From the NCBI RefSeq assembly GCF_001545095.1, contig NZ_CP013213.1, positions 810,001 to 842,000 of the forward strand: a stretch of DNA of 32,000 nucleotides, written 5' to 3'. This document shows positions 1 through 10,200 of the stretch, piece by piece. Position 1 is the stretch's first letter; each line of letters begins with the position of its first letter. This DNA comes from Erysipelothrix larvae (lineage in GTDB: Bacteria > Bacillota_I > Bacilli_A > Erysipelotrichales > Erysipelotrichaceae). Made by a program: the position numbers and the translations under genes. The notes under the pieces are model-generated. The model was not told the DNA's origin, did no database searches, and saw nothing but the letters and a program-made list of their open reading frames with translations.

Positions 1-2
1 CG

Positions 3-455
3 GTGAATGCAAACCGTCTTGAAGGGTATTATATTGACCTTGGTGTATTAGTAGGGAAAGACAATCCACTCTTTGACAAAACAAGTTTGACACTTCTTGA
101 TTTGAAGGATATGGAGTTCTCAATGCTCACAACTGATTATGCAATCAGTAATGAAATTCCAAAACGTTGCAGCGATTTAGGGTTTCAACCTAAAATTGTC
201 TATGAAAATGAAAATTGGGAAGTAATTGTGAAGCATGTTGAATCCTATGGATCAATTTCGATTCTACCTTCTGAATTTGAACAATTCTTAAATCGAGAAG
301 ATATTAAATGGATTAAACTGGATGATCCTGAAGTATCACGGTTTAACCTTCAACTTGTGACAAGTTTAGATTTATCAATCCGAGATGATCATGTCTTGTA
401 TTGGAGAGTCTATAATGAGTTATTGGAAAGAAATAAGCGGAATCCTGATTCATAA
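3..455 (+). CDS. LysR-family transcriptional regulator, C-terminal substrate-binding domain only (5' end lies outside the window)
   Basis: The open frame runs from the window edge. The sequence resembles the C-terminal half of the full LysR gene at 17577-18482 (IKWIKLDDPE versus IKWVKLEDEK; ILPSEF versus ILPYTTSE). A terminator hairpin follows. Confidence 0.7.
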   Translation: MNANRLEGYYIDLGVLVGKDNPLFDKTSLTLLDLKDMEFSMLTTDYAISNEIPKRCSDLGFQPKIVYENENWEVIVKHVESYGSISILPSEFEQFLNREDIKWIKLDDPEVSRFNLQLVTSLDLSIRDDHVLYWRVYNELLERNKRNPDS

Positions 456-460
456 ACAAC

Positions 461-496
461 AAAGCATCAACGTGATTTTTAGTTGATGCTTTTTAT
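461..496 (+). terminator. Rho-independent terminator
   Basis: The stem aaagcatcaac / gttgatgcttt is followed by a T-run, directly after the stop at 453-455. Confidence 0.6.
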
Positions 497-557
497 GTGC
501 TCCTTGTATATCACATAAAATAGTGATTCAATAAGGGTATCGTAAGGGAGGTCATCA

Positions 558-1193
558 ATGAATAGAATAGAAAAAACAAGAGCGTATCTGGATGCATTAT
601 TTAACAACAGCGAGCATCTTAAAACATCTTTGTATGATAAGTCATATCGCTATGAACATACGCTAAGAGTCGCTTCATGGGGTAAACGAATTGCGCAACA
701 TGAAAACATTAATGAAGAAGCGCTTGTTATCGGTTGTTTACTGCATGATGTTGCCTATATTGAGAAACTGGATACAAAAGAGAAACAGATTGGTCATGGT
801 AGGCGTTCTGCGTCCATTGTGAGGGACTTTGTGCACGGATTAGGGTTTGATCCAGACACCACGCAATCAATTCTCTATGGCATTGCAACCCATGTAGATG
901 GAAAGGCAGACTTTGAAGGTGAAAGTACCATACTTTCAGAAAGCATCAGTGACGCTGATAATCTTGATCGATTTGATGTCTATAGAATTTATGAAACGTT
1001 AATCTTTGCGGATTTTTCAAACCTAAGTCTTGAAGACAAGCTAACGTATTGCACAAAACGCATTGAAGCCACTCAGAACAATATGGCACATGAGTTAGCG
1101 ACACACTATGCAACATCCATATTTAGAGAAGAACTGAGTTATATGCAAACATTCTTTGAAAAGATGCTAATTCAATTAAAAGAAAGCAGATAG
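558..1193 (+). CDS. HD-domain metal-dependent phosphohydrolase
   Basis: GGGAGG RBS sits 7 nt upstream of the ATG. The H...HD...D signature is present (YEHTLRV, CLLHDVAY, DADNLD). Confidence 0.75.
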   Translation: MNRIEKTRAYLDALFNNSEHLKTSLYDKSYRYEHTLRVASWGKRIAQHENINEEALVIGCLLHDVAYIEKLDTKEKQIGHGRRSASIVRDFVHGLGFDPDTTQSILYGIATHVDGKADFEGESTILSESISDADNLDRFDVYRIYETLIFADFSNLSLEDKLTYCTKRIEATQNNMAHELATHYATSIFREELSYMQTFFEKMLIQLKESR

Positions 1194-1195
1194 TT

Positions 1196-1251
1196 ATAAA
1201 AAATCCCTTAGGTTTCACAGGATGTACTGATCTTGAAAACTTAAGGGATTT
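1196..1251. terminator. Long-loop hairpin, possible bidirectional terminator
   Basis: The arms aaatcccttag / cttaagggattt are about 11 bp, with an A-run on the 5' side, which reads as a T-run on the minus strand. The loop is large, so the call is weak. Confidence 0.35.
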
Positions 1252-1442
1252 GATGTTTATCGATGGAAACTAGAGGCCATGTTTATGAACTGATTGACTT
1301 CAATTTGCGACAATCAATTTCAAACGTATGGAGTGTCCGCCTTATTTGTTGATCCTTTGAGATTAATGCTTTTATATATCAAGGCGTATCGTGTGATGAT
1401 ACCATTTTAGATAAGTAAACACACTGAATTGTCATGTGAGAT

Positions 1443-2063
1443 TTATCGTGCTTTCTTTGCCTTAATGAGTCCAGCATGGATTTTTGCTATATTGTCACCA
1501 CCAAATATCAACGTACTTTGAAATCCAGCATTGTAGTCTATGCTTAAAAACTTCTCGACAGATTTTTTCTTCTTTGGTATAGCTAGAGCCCAAAACCCAA
1601 AAGCTGCCAAACGAGTTAGGGTAACTCTGGATAAAATTTGTGATTGTGTTTCGATGCTCGCGGAAATAATCGCATTCATATCAATGTGGTATGAACCATA
1701 ATCCAGTCTATCTTTAGTTACTGTCACTAAAACGGTTTGTTCACCGGCAATTTCACCACCACCATAGTATTTTAAACGTGCCTTTGCGATTGTTGCTGCC
1801 TTTGCTTTAGCATTTGCTGCTTCGACAATCTTTCTTATTTTTGCATCTTTTTCCTTTTTAGCCAGATCCTTTGCTTGTAATTCCACGGATCCTTGGGTTG
1901 CTGAGTAATAGGTTAGAAAGATGGCTAAACCCAACAATAAAAGAACCATCACATCGTTTTCGGTTGAATCCGTAAGAACTGACCACCCAATCCAAATGGC
2001 GATTATTGCGATCGTTCTTTCTCCCTTACTTCGTGGAACCCAAATCTTATTGAGTCGTTTCAT
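1443..2063 (-). CDS. Hypothetical membrane protein (two N-terminal TM helices, Ala/Lys-rich helical segment, C-terminal globular part)
   Basis: AGGAGG RBS lies upstream of the ATG at 2063. Hydrophobic segments IAIIAIWIGWSVL and VMVLLLLGLAIFL are present. No family was recognised. Confidence 0.6.
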   Translation of the reverse strand: MKRLNKIWVPRSKGERTIAIIAIWIGWSVLTDSTENDVMVLLLLGLAIFLTYYSATQGSVELQAKDLAKKEKDAKIRKIVEAANAKAKAATIAKARLKYYGGGEIAGEQTVLVTVTKDRLDYGSYHIDMNAIISASIETQSQILSRVTLTRLAAFGFWALAIPKKKKSVEKFLSIDYNAGFQSTLIFGGDNIAKIHAGLIKAKKAR

Positions 2064-2340
2064 GCGATCCTCCTACAAATACACAAGTGAGTCAATCACT
2101 CAAATGTCCTTTGAAAACATTATGTTCGATGCCGAAATAAAGCTTAATTCATTCACTGAACGTTTAGCTTATTTAACGAGGTCCCATCAGTTAATTTTAT
2201 AATACACTAAAACAAGGAGATTGTTGATAGTTTTATACCATTTTTTCATTCAATTCCGTCAATTTATGATATTTACCACGAAAAGAAAGGAATGATGATT
2301 GATATCTTAAATTGAATCAATCTAATAAAGGAATACTGGG

Positions 2341-2348
2341 ATAAATCT
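2341..2348. repeat. Target-site duplication ATAAATCT (left copy)
   Basis: This 8-mer is identical to 3880-3887 and abuts the IS inverted repeat. Confidence 0.85.
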
Positions 2349-3879
2349 GGTTCAATCACAAATCTTGTGGGATGGCACATTCCTAACATAGGTTTTCCTA
2401 CTTGCATCAATTAACTTTAAGAAGAAGTATTCATCATCAGGGTAACCATAACCTTGTCTTCGTAGAGTCTTGATTTTATTATTGATACCTTCTATTTTAC
2501 CCGCAGAAATCTTAATAGTTGCATGAGCGATGATTCCTTCAAAGTGATTGTCTAAGAGTCGTCCAAACCATTGAAAGTGTTTGTTTTTTGTAGCTTGACA
2601 GATTTCGACAATTGAACTGATTTCATCTGCCATTTTACTCTCATCATTAAGGGTGTATGCGTAGCGCAATTTCTCTTTTACCACATCCAGTGTGAAGATT
2701 AATGCATTCTCTTTCAATAGTTCATCGTAACGTACTTCATGACCTTCTTTACGCGTAATGTTGGGTATATTAAATAAAGAACTGCCTTCCTTGATAATCT
2801 TTCCATTTCTGGCTTCATTGTCTTTTCTAATGAGCGTTTCTCGTGATGACATTAAGATGTATCTTGTCTTCTTAAGTGCCGCAGCAGCCTCTATATTCCC
2901 TTCATTCTTCAAACGATTTTGCTCATCCTTGCGAACCTCGTTGATGACCTTATCATTAAAGTTTTTGATGATATGAAAATGATCAAATACAACTTGGATG
3001 TGTTCGCATTTTTCTTCAAACGCTTCTTGGTAATTTGAGTTCATATCGCATGCAACAGCTTCAACGTGATCCATCCACTTTAGGCCAACATGCTCTATAA
3101 AATCATAGACGACTTGCTTCTTCTTTCCGTGTGCAATCCATAAAATGTGACCCGTTTCCATATCGATAATATGGGTTGCATACTTATGTCCATCATGGAG
3201 TTTAAACTCATCAATGCCTAGGTATCGTGTGTAGTCCTCTGGTTTCTTTAGTACCTCGCCATCAATTGTATAGAGTTCTTTCAAGCGTTTGAGGTCGATG
3301 GCTTTAACAGTGTTTTTCCCTAATCCTGTAATCTCAGCGACTTGCTTGAGGGTATATGTTCCAATACTGAGTAGGTCTCTTGTATAGTTTTCAAGTTCAA
3401 TAGTAATAAAGTGGTTTTCAGCCTTAAACGGTACACTCTGCATCTTTGAATTCCTACAAGAAACACAATAGAATTGGGGTCTATCAAAACGAACATGCAT
3501 CAGTGTTGCACCAATACTTAAATGCCTTAGTGTGCACGGTTTACGATTGTTTATATGCATCACCTTACCACAACCGCTGCATACTTTATCTGTTTCTTGA
3601 ACTTCTAAAATACCATGCATGCAATAAGCATCTCTTTGGGATCTTGTTGTTTCGATTGTGGTGTTGGTGTTATGAAATCCACGGAGTGTATTAGGGATTA
3701 AGAAATGATTTAAACATAGTTCTTGTGATTGGGTTAGTGTCTGTGTATAATTCATGTATGGACCTTCCTGTTTGTTTATTCTGCAAAATAAATTCTACAG
3801 TAAGGTCTTTTTTCATTCAAGTTGTTATTATTTTACAAATGTCATTCACAGGCAATCCCACATAAAAAGTGATTGACCC
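2349..3879 (-). mobile_element. ISL3-family insertion sequence, apparently intact (1531 bp)
   Basis: The terminal inverted repeats are ggttcaatcacaaatcttgtgggatggc (2349-2376) and the reverse complement of 3852-3879, gggtcaatcactttttatgtgggattgc. They match at 21 of 28 positions by hand alignment. A single uninterrupted transposase ORF ends inside the IR, and perfect 8-bp direct repeats flank the element. Confidence 0.85.
2352..3755 (-). CDS. ISL3 family transposase
   Basis: The 467-aa protein has N-terminal Cys-rich zinc-finger-like motifs (CSGCG...C..C), a DDE-type core, and the typical C-terminal GYGYPDDEYFFLKL motif of ISL3 transposases. Confidence 0.9.
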   Translation of the reverse strand: MNYTQTLTQSQELCLNHFLIPNTLRGFHNTNTTIETTRSQRDAYCMHGILEVQETDKVCSGCGKVMHINNRKPCTLRHLSIGATLMHVRFDRPQFYCVSCRNSKMQSVPFKAENHFITIELENYTRDLLSIGTYTLKQVAEITGLGKNTVKAIDLKRLKELYTIDGEVLKKPEDYTRYLGIDEFKLHDGHKYATHIIDMETGHILWIAHGKKKQVVYDFIEHVGLKWMDHVEAVACDMNSNYQEAFEEKCEHIQVVFDHFHIIKNFNDKVINEVRKDEQNRLKNEGNIEAAAALKKTRYILMSSRETLIRKDNEARNGKIIKEGSSLFNIPNITRKEGHEVRYDELLKENALIFTLDVVKEKLRYAYTLNDESKMADEISSIVEICQATKNKHFQWFGRLLDNHFEGIIAHATIKISAGKIEGINNKIKTLRRQGYGYPDDEYFFLKLIDASRKTYVRNVPSHKICD

Positions 3880-3887
3880 ATAAATCT
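3880..3887. repeat. Target-site duplication ATAAATCT (right copy)
   Basis: This 8-mer is identical to 2341-2348 and abuts the other IS end. Confidence 0.85.
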
Positions 3888-3921
3888 TCTCAAAAATCTT
3901 CTCACTAGACAAAAAAGCATG

Positions 3922-3943
3922 AAAAAACCCACTAAACAGTGGG
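3922..3943 (-). terminator. Terminator of the tRNA-Ile/tRNA-Ala transcription unit
   Basis: The minus strand reads CCCACT-gttt-AGTGGG followed by TTTTTT, 12 nt downstream of tRNA-Ala. Confidence 0.7.
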
Positions 3944-3955
3944 CTGATTGAAGTA

Positions 3956-4031
3956 TGGTGGAGCTTATCGGGATCGAACCGATGACCTCCTGCGTGCAAG
4001 GCAGGCGCTCTCCCAGCTGAGCTAAAACCCC
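3956..4031 (-). tRNA. tRNA-Ala: tRNA-Ala(UGC)
   Basis: The reverse complement GGGGTTTTAGCTCAGCTGGGAGAGCGCCTGCCTTGCACGCAGGAGGTCATCGGTTCGATCCCGATAAGCTCCACCA folds as a cloverleaf. The anticodon loop is CTTGCAC, the G3:U70 pair is present, and CCA is encoded. Confidence 0.95.
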
Positions 4032-4058
4032 ATATTCAATTTTTGCAGTAAGCTTTAA

Positions 4059-4135
<77 letters not shown>

Positions 4136-4156
4136 ATCTTTGCTGACTGCCTATTA

Positions 4157-4185
4157 AATATACCATCATGCAATCTTTATGTCAA
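4157..4185 (-). promoter_or_regulatory. Sigma-A-type promoter for the tRNA pair
   Basis: The minus strand reads TTGACA, a 17-nt spacer, then TATATT preceded by TGg (extended -10). It ends about 20 nt upstream of tRNA-Ile. Confidence 0.55.
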
Positions 4186-4964
4186 CAACAAAATAGAAAA
4201 AAATTTAAAAAATAAAACGAAGACTGATTGAGATAAAATTAGCGTGTATTTTAGGTTGATGAGTGATGGAAACTATCACGCAATTTATCACTATAAACAC
4301 AGTTTTTGACGTGGAGTAGCATTGTGTTGGATGAAGAAATATTCAATGACACCAAGACGGTTGATTTTCCTTTCTTGTGATATAATTGCAACAATGAGAG
4401 AAAAAAAGTGCAGTGGTTTTATTGAATAAATTTAGTGTGAAGTAAGTGTGTTGAAATAAATCAATGATTAAATCATGAATTGATGAGTTCGTCGACGCCA
4501 TTATAAAAGAATGGTGTTATGATGTATGTACATCATATAACAAATACACAGGTTTCTTATGAACTCTTTGAGCATCCTAAGCCTTTTATTTATGGGGTTA
4601 TGAATAGCTGTGTTGTTGTAAATGATTTAAAGAATATCAAACTATACATGGATCAACTATTTACGAGGTAGGATTGATTCATTTTATATATCATAGCGTC
4701 ATCAAGATAAAAGTTGATGCTGTTTCTTAATGTTTTGAGCAGAATAGTTAAGGAATATGGATTGTATGTAAACTGAGTCGTTTATCCAGGGTGTTTGATA
4801 TCAGCAATTGATTTAGGATGTCATGATGATCTGATTGCTAAAAGCAAAGTGATTCACATCTTTTTATTGCATCAATTTTGTGCGATTTTTTTTGAAGGCT
4901 ATTACGTTATTACTATCCTAAAAAGCACATGTTATCCTTATTCTTGGACTGAATAAGGAATAAA

Positions 4965-5003
4965 TGTGAATATTATGATAGTAATTGGTTAGTTTTGTGT
5001 TAA
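4965..5003 (-). promoter_or_regulatory. Candidate Pho-box array (four hexamers with exact 11-bp phasing)
   Basis: The minus strand reads TTAACA-caaaa-CTAACC-aatta-CTATCA-taata-TTCACA. This resembles the Bacillus PhoP TT(A/T/C)ACA repeat architecture. It lies 65-100 bp upstream of the Na/Pi transporter start. Confidence 0.3.
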
Positions 5004-5067
5004 AAAATCCGCAATATTATGTTATTCTTTATTATATTGCGTTTAGCACGCGATTGGAGGATTATAA

Positions 5068-6744
5068 ATGTTAGGTTTAACTGCCGTTGCAGAACTTCAA
5101 CCAATTCAATTGAACATTATCCTAGGAGGGTTTGCGCTCTTCTTGGTTGGGATTCACTATTTAGGTGAAGGGCTTACTGAATTAGCTGGGTCTCGTATAT
5201 CAGATTATATTGAGAAATATACAAGTAATCTCATGATGGCAATACTCATGGGGACAGTTATTACTGCAATCATGAACTCAAGTACTGCTGTTACCGTAAT
5301 TTCCATCAGTTTGGTTCGCGCAGGAATGATGACGCTTAAACAAGCGATTGGTATTTCCGTCGGAGCAAACATTGGGACAACAATGACTACGTTCTTCATG
5401 AGTATGAACATTGAAGATTATGGTTATTACTTTGTATTTATTGGTGTACTCTTAATTGTATTTACAAAACGAAAAGTATGGTCAAATGCAGGGTATATAT
5501 TCTTTGGCTTTGGATTGCTCTTTGTCGGACTCGACATTATGAGTGAGAAGCTGTTAGTCATTCAATATTACCCATGGTTCCAAGACTTCATGTTCTCATT
5601 AAAAGATAACTCTTGGCTTGCATTGGGAGGAAGTACCCTTGCAACTGTCATAATCAATTCATCGTCTGCAATCATCGGGATCACACAAACGCTTTTCTCA
5701 ACGGGTCAAATGGAAATGGTCGTTGTATCTGCTTTTGTATTTGGATCAAATGTTGGTACGACACTGACTGCAGTTGTTGCATCGATGGGTGGTTCAGTTT
5801 CGACACGACGTGCAGGATGGTTCCATGCTTTGTATAACGTCATTGGTGCCTTACTTGGAATGCTTGTGATTGTTCCATATTCAGCATTTGTGACATGGGC
5901 AAATACCTAACTGAATGGATCACCACAATTTTCAGTAGCACTCAATCACTTTATTTTTAATATTGCATCTACAATATTAGTTATTCCATTTGTTCCAGCA
6001 TTTGAACGACTTCTCGAAATTATTATTCCTGGAGATGATGGAATCCGTAGCCGTGAAAAAATTGAACCTCTTGATGAATCATTGATTACAGTATTCCCTG
6101 AAGGTGCAATGCAACTTGCGAAGAAAACAACCTTAAAGATGGCAGATATCGTAACTGAATCCATTCAAACATCACAAAGCTACCTTCATTCTCGAGACAG
6201 CGAAGATTATGATGTTGTGATGCAACTTGAAGAAATGGTAAATAAATTGGATACGGAAATCACATCATACTTATTAAAGATTATGAAGCAAAGTGGCAAT
6301 TCAGCTGATGTTGCGGAAACCTATACAAAAACACTTGAAATCGTTAAGAACTATGAGCGGATGAGTGACTTATCAACAAACTTAGTTGAGCTTTATAACA
6401 TGACTGTTGAAGGAAGAGAAACCTTCTCAGAAGAAGCGATGGAAGATATTGACACAATGTATAAACTCCTGCTTGATATGCTTCATCGTTCAATGAAGAT
6501 TTACCAAAATGAAGATTCTGCAGGGTATGAACTCTTGCTTCAAGATGAAGAATACATGGACCTTATTGAAGATAAGTATCGTGAAAAACACTTCAGAAGA
6601 CTTGCAGATGGAATCTGTGATACGAAGTTTGCATCTTCAGTATTTGTTGATGTACTAAGTACACTTGAACGTATTGCAGACCATGGTGTTAACGTTGCAA
6701 GAAATGTTAACTCAGCAGTCAAAATGCATTCATCTGGGCATTAA
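5068..6744 (+). pseudogene. Na+/phosphate cotransporter with C-terminal PhoU-like domain, interrupted by one in-frame TAA (5908-5910)
   Basis: ORFs 5068-5910 and 6082-6744 are in the same frame. The 57 codons between them have no stop and encode conserved transporter sequence (LNGSPQFSVALNHFIFNIASTILVIPFVPAFERLLEIIIPG). GGAGG RBS precedes 5068. Confidence 0.8.
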
Positions 6745-6755
6745 TCATCAATGAC

Positions 6756-6785
6756 AAAAAAACACTTTCGAGTGTTTTTTTTTTT
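6756..6785 (+). terminator. Rho-independent terminator
   Basis: aaaaaaacact-ttcg-agtgttttttttttt lies 12 nt after the stop. Confidence 0.8.
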
Positions 6786-7200
6786 GATGTCTAATCGGCC
6801 AATACGATGTATTGTATCCATAATTTACCCAATGAATTATGAAGTGTCTAGAATTAATCTACTGAATGTTTTCTTTCTATCAGTCTAAAATACTCAATTT
6901 GTGTAAACATCTCATATAAAATATTTATAATCATTGATCGAACTTTTAATACACTTATTCGATGGTAGAATTATAAATAGATTTAATAATGCTTCAGAGT
7001 GTAATACTTGAAACTGCATAAAGAAATTGATTTGAGATCATATAATGATTTATTCCAGTTTCTTTGACAAAAGCATAAACTGTCATATTCTTTTTGAATT
7101 AAATAGTTGTTGATGTTATTAATTTACATAAAGAAGCCATAAATCAATTTTAGGATGAATCATGTAGACGATGTGGGCTACTAGAGAAGTGAGGGAAAAA

Positions 7201-10200
7201 ATGGAGTTAAAGAAAAGATTAGTGAAACATTTTAGGACACGTTTTATCGTTGTTCCTTTATCGTTAGCACTCGCATTATCGGGATTTGGAATTAGTACTA
7301 TAAGTGCTACGGGGAAAAATGTATCATCCAATGGCATCAGCCATTATGATGGTGTACCTGCATCTTTCTATAAAGATGATAAGGATATTGCAGACTCTTT
7401 AGATATAGATATCTCAATATGGGATCACCGACAAGATGCTGTTCATTTTCAAGCAGGTACTTTAAACAATGGATTTGAACAAGGACTTCTTCAAAAGACA
7501 TTGGGCAGTGATGGCTTCCCAGTAGCAAGTGGAAAAACACCAACTTATCCTGCAAATGATTTTACGTCTTCAAGTTCAAGAGACTTTGCAAGTTGGTGGA
7601 CGGGTGATTCTAGAGTGAATGATGACTTTAGTAATCATAATGGATGGGAACAACAAAGTTTACCAAATGCTTTTGGTAACGGAACTCCTGAAAACTTCTA
7701 CCATTATAAAGACATGCAAGATTTCTATGATTCAGTAATCTGGATGAGCGATTGGTCATCCTATTGGGATATTACGTGGATGAAGACAGGTAACTATGTA
7801 GGTTGGTATAATTTTAAAGATGGTTTCTATGCACCGATGAACCAAGATGAAAATGGAGGAACGGATATCAATGGGTTCCCACTTGAGTATTTCGCTTATA
7901 ATGTCTCAGTGTATAAATACTTAGCAGATCCAACGAAATACACCTCTCAAGATGAGGGATTTGTTACTACGATGACAAATCTCAAATACCCACGTTGGTA
8001 TTTTGAAGTGGATAATATGAACGATACCCGAAGTGATGATCGAAGTGCAGTAGGTGTGGGTTTTGGTCAGTATTTCCTTTATAACGTAAAACATAGAAGT
8101 GAGCAACCTCTTGATGATGTAAACGGTGGGTTAGGTGCACCGGGTGCCTTTGACCAAGCATTTCCAGGAAATTATGTTGAATCAGGTAACCCTGGAGAAT
8201 CTGGATTTGATAGTGGAACGTTCCCAAACTATAATACAGAAACGTATTCGTTCTACAGTGCTAAGAAGCAAACAGCGGATGAGAGTCTTGTTTTAGACCC
8301 TGTTAAGGGACATTTGACACTGAAATATGATGAACACACAAAATCTTATGTTTATGACAGCGACTTAAATGATTATAATGGTACATCTGGATTTTACCCA
8401 CTTAATGTAGGTGTTGATGGTGTAACGCTATATGATGATACTTATCGTGCTATCGCAGGATCATTTAGCCATAATGATATGACTTTAGGTGTTAAAACAA
8501 CAGACGGTGTATCAGAATTCCCATGGGCTGATGAACTGTGGAGCAATGAGCTGGCTACTGATGACTTGGGAGATACACTAAACTTCCACTTTTCAGTAAA
8601 AGGATCTTCAGAATTCACTTACTATGGAGAGGGTGAATCATTTACATTTTCGGGTGATGACGACTTCTGGTTATATATTAATCAACAGCTTGTGATTGAC
8701 TTAGGCGGCACACATGGTGAATTATCATGCACTGCAACATTCTTACCAGATGGAATGGTTCATATATCAGCAGTAACGGATACTGAAGGCAATGAGTTAG
8801 CTCCTGAGCAAACACTGTCACTGGGCCTTGTAAAAGGACGTACTTATTCTCTAGACTTCTTCTATGCTGAAAGACATACACATGAGTCTAATTTAATGCT
8901 GTCGACAAACCTGACACATGATAAGTTCTCAGTTAATAAAACAGCAACGCTCAATAATGAAGGAACTGAAGTGTCTTACTTAGTAGAAGTAACAAATGAA
9001 ATGGAAGATGTTTTACTTACGATTGTGAAAGTTGCAGATTGGATGAATCGGGGTAATTCATTTAATAAAGACGGAGAATTTGTTAAGTTCAACACAGAAG
9101 GAGCCCCAACGATTGAAATCTCTAGGGATAAAAAAACCTGGCTTCCATTAGATTTAGGAACCCCTTCATCAGATGAAGCAGGTTTTAAGGTATTATCCCA
9201 TTTCTCTGAACATAACACTCAAGAAGGAATTGATCTTGAAGCTGGAGCAAAAGTTTATTTCAGATATACATATACTTTGACAGAAGAAGATTATGAACAC
9301 AAAGAAATCTACAATGTATTCTCTGTTACCACAAAGAATCCAAAAGATGATGATGCTGTAGTTGATGTCGGTAAGGGTGGCGTTGATTTGGATACTTCTA
9401 GACCATCGATTATTAAGGTGTTTAATGTAGATGATGGTGTAGCCATTCCAAACGCGACATTTAAATTTAACACAACCCCAATTTCTAAAGATGGTATTGA
9501 TTATGATGGAACCAATATGCCGGATATATCCGATGCGTCTACAACCTATGATAGCCAATCACAGGATCTATTAAGGCGACGCATCATGATTAAACTTCCT
9601 GATTTTAGTCAAGAAGGAACCTATATTTATCGTGTTTCGGAAGTGTTGGATACGTATGAATTGGATGATGACGAAAGGTTAACCTATGCGACCAATGTTT
9701 ATTACCTCACGATGATAGTGGTTGATGATGGAAATAATCAATATGGTTTGAAAGGCTTTGAGTATTCAAACGATTTAGATGGTTTAGATAAAGTAGAAAC
9801 TATGGTATTTATGAATAGCTATACTAAAATTCCTGATGTTGTTAATGAAACATCTTCCTTAATTATCAGTAAAACGATAGAAGGCAGTGAAGAAATTTCC
9901 AATCAAAAATTTGATTTTAATATCTTAATTAATGCCCCAACTGAAACAACCTTAACAACATTCACCTACGTGATTGTTGATGCAAATGGAAATGTTGGAG
10001 CAAAACAAACAGGGTTATATAATGCAAACTTTACGATTTCCTTAGCACATGGTGAACATGCTAAATTCGATGATTTGTTGCTTAACGCGACGTATAAGAT
10101 TCAGGAGAAAGATCATGCTAACTATAATGTATCTTATACAATCACAAACGGTGATGTAGTTGGAACATCACAAGAAGGAACTGATACAGATGTACAATTA

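Noticed and set aside
1921-2202. 93-aa plus-strand ORF
   Set aside because: It overlaps the 5' part of the minus-strand membrane protein gene in antisense and has no RBS, so it is spurious.
5908-5910. In-frame TAA as a sign of stop-codon reassignment or programmed read-through
   Set aside because: TAA is used as the ordinary stop of many well-supported genes in this window (for example bglA, coaD, glmS and the surface protein gene). No recoding signal is evident. A nonsense mutation or sequencing error is the simpler explanation.
7337-9558. Several 60-120-aa minus-strand ORFs inside the surface protein gene, plus similar antisense ORFs inside bglP, bglA, panE, the lipase gene and the transposase gene
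   Set aside because: All are embedded antisense or out of frame within long, motif-supported genes, and they lack RBSs. This is the typical background of an AT-rich genome.
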